NCBI GenBank assembly: GCA_001724265.1 | Contig: MEDY01000157.1 | Span: forward strand, 62,001 to 106,588 | Direction of reading: 5' to 3' | DNA from: Rhizaria sp. SCN 62-66 | Lineage: Eukaryota | Length of the DNA: 44,588 nucleotides | In this document: positions 35,001 through 44,588 of the stretch, piece after piece | Layout: each line of letters begins with the position of its first letter | How positions within the stretch are numbered: position 1 is the stretch's first letter | Position numbers and translations under genes: made by a program | The notes under the pieces: generated by a model | Told to the model about the DNA's origin: nothing | The model's database searches: none | Seen by the model: only the letters and a program-made list of their open reading frames with translations

Positions 35001-38000
35001 GGCATACCCACTGCAAAGAAATGAGATCGGGTGAAGCAGCGTGAGATAAGATTTGAAATCTAGAAATCAGGTTTGATATAAAATGTTATGTTGACAGAAA
35101 AAGTGGGCATCCCGTGATAATTCTAATGTCGTACCTTGATTGCGGCGGCGATGCCGCATTTGTCGCTGCCCTAAACGTCGTGAAACCGGCTATCTGGTCC
35201 ACGGGATCTGTCGCCATCGTCTCATACGGCGTCTCCTGCACCCACCGGCCGCCGTAGAGCGTGAACGCAGGGATGCCTTGCATGGCGTACTGCGCGGTCG
35301 GATCATTCACCAGCGCAAACGTATGCGACGCAAGCGCAGGCAGAGTGGTCGGGAGTAGACTGTAGTTCGCGGGCGCCGATGGGCCAGGGTCGGGGACAAT
35401 CGCGTCCGCCCACACCGCGCCGTAGCCCAGCTCGGCGTCCTCGATCACGGGGTCGCTGGCGTAAGCGCTGCTCACAACGATGACGGACAGCGTTTTGGAC
35501 AGCACCGCGGCGGACGGGGCCGCGCCGGTGGGGGGCGCAAACATGGCAGTAAGCTGGCCCGTAAGTGTGTTGATGACAAACATATCCGAGCTTGAGGCGT
35601 GGCCCTGAGTGAGGCCGCCGCCACGGGGAGAGGCGTGAAGACGCATCTGGGGCACAAGTGAAGATTCGTAGACAAGCTCGCCTCCAGCTGCCGATGTGGT
35701 GAAGTGAGTGTTTTTGGACCTCGGACCGCTGTACAAGGTCAGTACATCATTTGTAGGGATCCCGGGTGCAAACGAACTATACGCAAGCGACTCCTCAACT
35801 CGTCCCCCGCTGCCAAGTCCGGCTTTACTGATCGCATTGGACCATAAAGCAATAATAAGACCCGCGCTATCTGCTGTAAGGGTGATTGGAGATTTCAGAG
35901 GCAGCGTAAATTCGGTGCCGGAGGTGCCGAAGTCGGCGCGTGTGTGTTCTTTGGTCGAATTGTCAGCAGGGAGGTAGTCATTCAACTTGGCATTTGGCGA
36001 ACTATTCAAGCTCATGACACCAAGTTTAATCAACACAGACACATCGGCATCCGCTGGGCGTGTGAGATAAAAGGTGATATTCCGTAATGTCATTCCGGGG
36101 AGCAGTCCTGCTTGTCTGAGCAGATCGCGCGGCAGGAAACTCACAACTTTACTGGGAGCGGCGTTGCTGCCTAGAGAGTCGAGCGGGTATGTCAGCGTCG
36201 TCGGGTTTGCGATTGTGGCGAAATGAGTAGGGCGGGACAGTGTGATCGGCGCCGCAGACCGATAGATGTCAACATACACGCCGCGCGCAGTCATGCCGCC
36301 AAAGCAGTACACCTTGGTGCTGTTGGGTAGAACGTCGCAACTGTGGTCGTAGCGCGAACCCATAGTACGCGCAGACACACTGCCGGTGAAAACCGGGATA
36401 ATAGCAGCGTCAGTGATAGTTGGCTGGAGCTTAAGGCTGTGGCCAGCAAGAAGAGTCCACGTTTCCTGCACAGTGTCAAAGCGCCAAATATCGTCAAGCG
36501 CACCGTGCGCGCCGACACCGCCGCTGAGAATGAGATCCTCGCCCACGGACACAAGAGAAGCGCGAGCGCGGGCTGACGGGCAGAAGCTTGCGATGCCGAC
36601 AGTGCTCCCGACAACAATATCAGACTCCATGGCGATGTAGTCTCCATTCGTAGAGCAGCCGACGTACTGCCAAGTGATGGCACCGGTTACTTCCGCGCGA
36701 TACCGCCACAGATCAGCGCGGTAGACAACCTTCAAGGTCGCGGTGTTAGGAATAAGGCCGCCGTAGGTGTACACCCAATGTTGGTTATCATCGGTGCGTT
36801 TCAGGATCGCAGAGCTGTGAAAAGCGCGGGCGCCAGGATAGCCGGGCGAGTAGGATGCGGGATCGCGGCGGCGCTCGTGGCCGTTGGAGCCACCTGAGAC
36901 AATCTCCGTGGGCGGTAAGATGGTGGGAGACGGTTTGGCACCAAAGGGGTCGCGACCGGGGACAAGCTCAGGTGGCACTTGAAGGGATGACGCAACCACC
37001 TGGATCCGCCAGAGACGCTCGAAGTACTCTCGCTAAAGTAAAACAAAAACAAACAAAAAACACGAATATATCGGTGAGATTCTTGAGTCGAATTGCGGAT
37101 GAAAACACTCAGCGATGCATGAAAGCATTGTAAAAATGAAGCAAAGCATGATTAAAAAGATTATTGTAAAACGTACCTTGCCGTCTCCTGTGCTGACAAT
37201 GCCACCGAACAGGAAAAGGCAGTTGCCCGGTGGGTAATATACCAACGACGCGCCCATATATTGCCCTGTGTATGCCACCTTGCCTTCGGTCGCATTCGTT
37301 TCGAGCACCGGCACCTCAGCTGCAGAGCTACGGTCCTGTGCAATCAACACGCTGCTGCGCGCAGACAGTAGGTGCGCTGAAATGACAGCAGACATCCCTG
37401 TCGTATCTGCACGGTCTGTGCCGCCCGCAATAAATGTCACCGTAGAGCCCAGGGGCATTCCCAGAGTGATCGCTGCCGTCCCGGTCAGACTGTGCGTTGT
37501 CGTGCTGGCGGCGTAGAAGCGCGGCTTACCACCAGGCAGTGGTGTGCCGTCAGTGTCGACAAGAGCGCGCACGGTGAGTGGGGAGCAGAGCCGGCCGACT
37601 GTGCCGGTCATGCACGAGCATGGATAGGCAAGGTCGTTGGTCGGTGTGCTAGTGTTGCCCATACACGTCAGGGACTGCACTGCCGGTGCAGTCGGTGGCG
37701 CATACGCGCTACGGCTGGTCTCGCAGTGTTCGCCGTAGAAACCAGTGGAGCAGTGACACTTGTAACTCTTGGTACTTAGACCAACAAAGAGCGTCGGCGA
37801 GGTAGAAATACAAGTCGCGGAATTGCAGACAGAGCAAGTGCCCCCATTCACGCACGGGTTGGTTGCGCACGGCGACGTGAGCGCAACCAGTGCGGATTGA
37901 TCGACGTCAGATGCCATTTGGCTAAACTCGTAATACGGGTATGAGGAAGTCACACCGCTCGCATGATAACTGGTGGGGTAAGTTAATCCACCGGTGCGCA

Positions 38001-41000
38001 TGAGCACGGCAGTTGGGTTAGTGTACGCTGCGTTCACAGAACCGACTGTGCTAGGAAGCATCAAGAAAGAAGCTCCAAGCCTGGCATCGTCACTCGTAGT
38101 TGCCCATGTGAAGCTCTGAGACGGGGGCGTGGCGTTGCTCGTGGGGTTCTTTAACCACGCCCACGCTGCAACCTCCGAGCCGACGCTGTGCGACAAAGGT
38201 GCAGCAGCTTGCGCGATGAGTGACGTGCGCACCCATGAGCTGTTGTGTAGTTGCTCTGCAAACACTGCGAACACAGTGCCATCAAGACATGATTCATCCT
38301 CGTTGTCTGCATAAATTCCGTCGTTGATCGTTGTGCCCGGGTTCAGCATTGGCCGCAATCCGTAGCCGACGTACAAAAGCCCCTCCGCGTCGGCGGTCAT
38401 GCTGGCGTAGGCGCGCGCGCCGGGGGCCTGTAGCCGCGAGGGGGCACCAATAGTGACAGCAGTGCTGCGCGCGTGCGGGCTGCCTTGGACGGCCCAAGTG
38501 AGCGGGCCGGAGAGGTACGCCCACTGCTTCTTGGAGAACGAGAACACCCAAAGGTCGGACATAAACGCCGGCCGCGGGAGCACCCCGCCGGAGCCCAAAG
38601 GCACACCGTGAAGAGAACCGCCGAAGAGATAGAGATAACGGCCGTCGTGTGAAAAAGTCATGCTGGCGCCGAGGCGACAGCCAGGGTTGTTGGTGGAAGC
38701 GTAGGCGCCCGGTGCGCCGGCGGAGGGCAAGTAATCACCCTCGCCAAGGTTGGAGAGGCCGGACATGCGTGCCCACCTAGAACAATACAAAAATATGGAG
38801 CGACATGCAGAATTGTGAGTGATTGAGCAAGGTTCAGTGCAAACCATCAAGCATAGCTGAGCTGAGGGGTCCGTAAATTAAGTAGAGGCATCTCTAACAC
38901 AACACAAAGTGAAACGTACACTGCGTCATGAATTGCAGTTGATGAGTTTATCTTAGTGTACAGGCACCACAAATCTGTGTTATATGAGTCGCCGTAGTTT
39001 CCGGACATATATGTCTGCGTTCCCGAGTACATGCAGAACATTGAGTCGTTGTCGGCAGCCGTTGATCCTGAGAAGGATGCCTTGGCAAAGCCCTGGCGCG
39101 CGCCAGGATGGTAGCTGGCATCCGTCTCACCATTAGAGCCGTACACACTTTGATAAGGGTCAGTGCCTGCTGGGTATGATGTTGTGTTCAAATGGGGGAA
39201 GCCTGTCGTTGTCCAGATCTGTAACAAGAATTGGCAAAGCAAAATCAAGCCAAAGACAGTAAGAGTGAGCATTAATAAACAAATGTAACCACAACGCGCG
39301 CATGTCAACTAAAAATAGATCTGTCTCATAAATGGATGTCAGAATTTCATTAACCGTAAAGCACTTTGAGTACCTGAAACGAGATCGAATACACCCAGAG
39401 GCCCGGCTGTGCCACAAAACTATCTGCGTACAAATACATGTACTAGCCATCAGGCGAAAACCAGGCATGTGATTCCAGACTCGGCGGTGGTGCAGTCGCA
39501 TTCACATATGTTTTGCCGATAGAAAATGCCGGGATCAACGCCTGCGTGAAAGTGTGCGTCTCCGCGTAGGCCGAATTGCGCGGCATTGCAGTCATAGTGT
39601 TCGCAATCAAGTTCACCCGCGTGAACGCCGCACTGGCGGTTGCTACTCCAGTCACAGAGTTGATTGTCATGCCACCAAAGCTGTACACCTCACCTGTGCC
39701 GGGCCGGTGCGCGACGGCAGCGAAGGGCAGCACAGTCGGTGCGGTGTTGCCCGCGAGCAAAACTGAACCGTGTCTGAGCTCGAACTTAGCCTTTGCTGCA
39801 TCGACTGATACGTTGCCATTAGCGCACTGCGCGCCCTGTGTGTAGCTGTTGCAGTGGCAGAATGATGACCCGCCACCGGCGACGCAAGCGCCCATAGCGC
39901 CACAATAGATGAGAGAAAAAGATGATGGACATGTGTTGCCCTTAGAGCTTGTTAGTGAAGTGCGGATCTGCTCTCCGTAGACAATATCGTTTTGGGGCAA
40001 CCATGGCGTGAACAATGCATTCATATTGTTCTGCAATGTGGAGTTATGGCAAGCGTCTGAGCCGTAGGCTGTGCTATCAATACATGTCAAATTAGTAGGG
40101 GTATGGATGACGTCAATCGTCCATAAGTCGTCATGTACGGTCAGCTGCTCGCAGCTCTCGAGACCACGTTCCACTGCCGGGTTTGCAAAAAACGCCTGCT
40201 CAGCCACGTGGGTCGAGCCCACAGTCCAGCCGCCGCGGAGAAAAAGCGACGTGTCCGTGGTCACCCGCGCCGAGAGCAAACTTGAGGACGGGATCGACAG
40301 TGTGGCGCCAAGGCGCGCGCCGGGCCAGTACGGAAACGGAACCTCACTGCCTGGCACTCCACTGCGGGTGACATTTGAGCCGGTGCGCGTAATCGGCGCG
40401 CTGAAGGCGCGAACAAGGCGCCAGGTCAAGTTGGCACGGAAGAACTGCCACAAATCGTCCAGCTGTGGGGCCGCATGGAGCGCGATCGTGACCGGGGGCT
40501 GCGTCAGCGGGTGGCTATGCAGGGGGGACCGCAGCAGCAGAACGGGACGCGCGGTGTACCGGTCGAAGTTGCGGGATGTCTTTGAAGCTTCGGGTGTGGC
40601 ATACTTAAGAAGAGACATGGAACGCACTGTTTGGCCCTCGTGCATTGCAAGCCCGAATTTGACTGCCTGTGATGTATCTATGCCAGCACCTACAAAGACG
40701 TACTCAATAGCCATGTAGAGTATGGCGTTTCCGGACGACAGCGTCGAGGAGAGAGTATCGGTATCGTCTTGGACGTCCTTCATATAAGGGGTATTGATGG
40801 CCATAAAAGTTCCAGGCGCCCAATTTAACGGATCAATCATGACGCCAGGTTGTTTGAGCAAAGAAAGCTCAATAGCATCAAGATAATGCGGGCCTGCGTT
40901 GTCAAAGTCTCCCAACAATGTCGGAACTAACAGCGTACGAACGCGGAAGCGACTGCTTCTATCCCACGTTCCGGACTCGGACAACATTGAATGTTGGCCT

Positions 41001-44000
41001 AGTTTGACCATAATGTCCAGCGAGGGCAGGTTGGAATCAACCGGCAGACCTGCAGCGAGGAACTCGTCACTCGAGTACAGAAACGCATGCAGCGACAACG
41101 CGTTGCTCTCGGTCACAGTGGAGTTGAAGCGGCCCTTAAGCGGCAGCGTGAACGGCGCAGCAGCCGGCAGCGCATCGATCGCTGTTTGTACACCATCAGT
41201 GCCGTCAGGACGCACGAACGCGCCAAGACCGTGGCCGCGGCCGCCGTAGAGGAAGATGTCTCCGTTGGCCGCAGTGTTCATGGCGTGGAACACGCGGCCG
41301 CCGGGGAGGGACGGAAGGTTGGAGCTGGCGGGAAAGATCACGCGCGGCTGTCCGCGCTCACCAGCAGTCGGCGTCCCCGCCTTTTCATCCAGCCGCTGCC
41401 ACGCTGCGAGGGCCGGGGGCGTGAGGCTGAGCAGCCAGAGACCGGCCAACACGCCCGAGTCGTTTTCGGGCCCTGGAGCCGTCTGCAGCGTCGTGTCCAC
41501 TGCGCTGGGGGCGGAGAGCAGCAGCGCGGAAAGCGTGCCGCCGTACATGACGAGGGTGTTTGCCGTCGCCGTGTTGTGCGTCTCCCACACCAGCGCGGCG
41601 TAGGCGCGGGCCGCCGGCGTGGACGCGCCACCGCGCAGAGGGAGGTTGCTATCGGAGCTCGTTTCGGAGCCTAAGACGCGGTGCCAGGACAGGGTCGTCC
41701 CGTCCGAAAGATTGTCGGCGATGTACATCGAGTCAGACTCGTAAACGGAGTTGTAACCAGCCGGATTTTGAGTCGATGCCAACTTGTACCCGCCGTAGAT
41801 GACGATGATCTTTCCGTGCGCAGCCATTGCAGCTGCGGCAGTGGGCGGGGGTGGAGACAAGTTGTCGATTGCGCTGGCCGAGGAAGGCCGCGGCTGTGCC
41901 GCTGTGTTGCCGCGCCACCACGCCCACTGCCGCTTGTCGAGGCTGAACGACCACATATCATCAAAGAATGCCTGCTTCAACACGTTCGCGGTGATGATAG
42001 GATAGTAAGCGCCACCAAAGAGCCAGATTATGCGCGTGGATGCGTCATACGCTAGCGACGCTGAGTGCCGCGCCGCTGGCCACAACGACGGTGAGTAAAT
42101 CCCGGAAACCAGCCCGCCCACGCCGAGACCGGCGGGCAGCCGGAGCAGCGCGGGGTCGCCGTGCAGCAGCGTCGTGGTGTTGGCCAGCGAGTCGACCATC
42201 CACAGGTCCGACAGCAGCGCGGGCTCCGCCATTGGATACTTTGCTGGGGAAGCAAGTGGGAACGTTTGCAGGGCAATACCGCCGAAAAAGAACGAATACT
42301 GACCTGACAGAGCCGCTGTGCGGAGGGGGCTCTGCGGGCCGGCTGCAGCGCCAGAAGCGGTAGCATGTAGGTAGCGCGGGCGCGGGCGCGGGGCCGGGCG
42401 CGCAGCGGAGACGGACAGCGGCAGCTGCGGCGCCAGTGAGTACCAGTCCTGAAGCGGCACGGGGAACTCCACTGCGGAAATAAACGGGTTCGACGCGCGG
42501 TGCGGCTGGTAAAAGTTGCGGGGGGTAAATGCAGAGATGGATGCGACTCCGGACGAGGCCGACATTGGACCCATTTTCAAAGTCTGATAAAGCGACACAG
42601 CAAAGAGATGTGAGTGAGCATTATTTTTACAATCATAGCAGTAAAAAACGCGTGTTGAGTGAGTACTAGTCGTACACGTAATGACGTACCTAGTTGAGAG
42701 TGTATGTGGTCGAGAGCCATCCGTCAGCAGTAAATCCCAGTGTCGGGTCCGAAGTGAGCTCCGACGGGGCGGACACAAAGTACATCGACAACACAAGATA
42801 AAAACTGTTCGCGTCGACGCCACTGACGCCGTGGATGTGCAGACTCGAGATCGGGATTTGGCAGTACCCTGAGATCAGGATCTCATGGGGCGCGACCGGC
42901 GGCACCACGGATACGGTGGCTGAGCCGCCGTCGAGGACCCCGGCGGTGTTGGCGGGCCGCGCGCTGACGGTGCAGAACGTGCCCGGCGCGCCGCGGTACG
43001 TCTCGGTACTGCTGCCGCCGCGCTTGAGCCCCAGGCGGAGGTAGCCGCCGCCGTTGCCCTGGAGCCCGTAGTCTTTCGCCAACCAGTTCGCTGATGCTGC
43101 GGAGAAGTCAACCTGCCAGCCGTCGGTGGTGGTTGATGCGACGGTGTCGAGTCTATACACGGGGGCCGACACCGTCAAAGTGCCGAACTTGAGCGCTGGC
43201 GTGACCGTAAACGCGTTGCTCGCCACAGGAACGGTCTCAGTGCTGGAACGCCAAGGCACAATGCAGGAAAAGATGCCAAGATACATATCCGGGATGTCGG
43301 CCGTGATGCTTACCGTGGGGATCTCCATGGTCGCCGTGAGGCCGCCAACGATCGCGGGCGTGCCGAGCGTGATCACACTGCTCTGCAGGGGACTATAGTC
43401 AAGATAACACGCGATGTTGGTGGAGTTAAACGAAAACGTCGCATTTGCACTCAGTGTCAGGACAAAATATGCCGTGCCCAGCGCCGCAATGGAGCGTTTG
43501 ATGCTGCCGCTGTACGAGAAATGGATATCGACACGGTTATTAGTGCGAATCCACTGGTTCTGGTAGTACACTTTAGGACCCCTAGGAGCAGTCAGCTAAG
43601 GCGCGCCAAAGATATTAAACGTTGGTGAAGCTGTAACTATCGAGACGTTGTTGAAGTCGGTCATTACCGCCATCGTGTGAGAGTCTGTCAATGTTGACGA
43701 GGGAACCAATGAGACTTGGCAGGAGAATGTGATGTTTGTGGCAGGCGCAGTGGTGCGAAATACAATATCTTCGCTCGCAAAATTGCCAATAGTGCCAACA
43801 ATTGTCACAGTGGTAGTCACTGACTCGATGCGGCAGTTACGCATGGTGCCCGTCTGGATGACGATGAAGGAGGAGGAGTCCATTAAGGAAAGCTGAAGTG
43901 TGGTGATGCCAACTTCGAGCGAGGCCACTGTGCCGCTGAAGGCCACAGTGGAGCCGCTAAGGCCATTTTCGATCGTGAAGGCGTGCAGTGCCGTTGGGAA

Positions 44001-44193
44001 GGCCACGTAGAAGAAAAGAATGAGGGCGACTGCGTGCCCGGAAGAGTGTGAACATACTGTTCTCGTTGTGGAATGTACGTGAGAAAGGCGTTCCTGATGT
44101 TGGTGCTTCGCGGCTGTGGAGAGCACGACGATGCATAAAGTCGCAGGAACGCCACTGTCCTGTGCTCTGCTACGCGGTACCGTGCTGGTGCAT
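29014..44193 (-). CDS. Giant (~4,730 aa) polycystin-1/PKDREJ-like receptor: signal peptide, beta-rich region, Kelch-like repeats, EGF-like domains, REJ, GAIN/GPS, 5 TM; three internal in-frame TAGs
   Basis: Exons ~44056-42690, 42583-39374, 39218-38920, 38776-37177, 37032-35135, 35010-34748 and 34553-29014 are joined by six phase-compatible GTAC...AG introns. The 5' end is tentative: mini-exon 44193-44181 plus intron 44180-44057 would give MHQHVCSHSSGHAVALILFFYVAFPTALHA. Kelch-like P.AR...h.h.GG...DLW units; EGF CATNPCVNGGTC...CHCSTGFYGEHC; REJ-type LTLSAAASRDPD, LTFVWTC and NVPPRSGLC...CSGWEDDPEDLPLTY; GPS CEWW...WSTTGC...CQCTHLTLF; PKD1-type HLWLSV...F...R TM block. TAGs at 43596, 42690 and 39443. 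Stop TGA. Confidence 0.8.
31185..31312 (-). other. GPS autoproteolysis motif (C-C-T-H-L/T-L-F) within the polycystin-like gene
   Basis: CEWWKADPSGVSGKWSTTGCKLVSVSSTNTTTTCQCTHLTLF has the four Cys, the conserved Trp residues and the HL/T cleavage consensus. Confidence 0.9.
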
Positions 44194-44588
44194 AGCAAGC
44201 AGGATGATCAGGCCTCTATAAGCACGCAGTCAGAGGTCGAAAGAAGTTAAGCTGTTGCTTGTGCGCTGCCGTCTGAGGTTGCGCGTTATCGCAAGGTGGG
44301 TGTGGCGAGACGGACTGATTGAGGAGCGATGCTCGGGTATAATAAGAGTGTAGTCACGTGTGCTTAATTCTTATTCAAGCAACTGTGGAGCGACACGAAT
44401 CATAAGGGGAGTCGCGAGCGTCGCGGCGCACGCACAAAAGAAGGAGAAGGGTTAAAAATGTGGTCGGTTTTACAGAGTATATACGGGTGTCTGTTACCGT
44501 CGACATTCTGCATAAAATTCCAGTCGACAGCTTTTGCCGGTCGCGATTTAAAGGTGGCGTTTCTTGTGTATACACACTTCGTTTTCCT

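Noticed and set aside
7958-43598. Pyrrolysine insertion or programmed readthrough at TAG
   Set aside because: There are no pyl genes here and pyrrolysine is not known in eukaryotes. The five sites share no downstream context, and three successive leaky stops in one gene would give little full-length product.
10163-44193. Pseudogene interpretation of the TAG-containing genes
   Set aside because: Every interruption is TAG, with no TAA, TGA or frameshift. Catalytic, GPS and splice motifs are intact. Random decay would not be that selective.

Overview
Eukaryotic nuclear DNA, probably from a protist with aerobic mitochondria. GC-rich exons are split by short (106-233 nt), mostly AT-richer GT-AG introns. 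I built nine protein-coding gene models by hand: a YME1-like mitochondrial i-AAA protease (runs off the left edge), mitochondrial ribosomal protein uL3m, a small CxxC/RING-like protein, complex I subunit NDUFA6 (LYR family), a TFxP-repeat protein, SmD1, a Cid1/GLD-2/mtPAP-superfamily nucleotidyltransferase, a ~3,990-aa low-complexity protein with one hydrophobic segment, and a ~4,730-aa Kelch-EGF-REJ-GPS-5TM polycystin-1-like receptor. The main signal is a likely variant nuclear genetic code. Five TAG codons lie in frame inside three otherwise intact genes, while all eight complete genes end in TAA (5) or TGA (3). UAG therefore looks like a sense codon (Gln mildly favoured; Leu or Trp not excluded) with UAA still a stop. 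Second, all 15 well-supported introns have C at donor position +4, and 9 of the 15 are GTACGT. No tRNA, rRNA, CRISPR array or mobile element was recognised. Family assignments rest on remembered motifs, not database searches.
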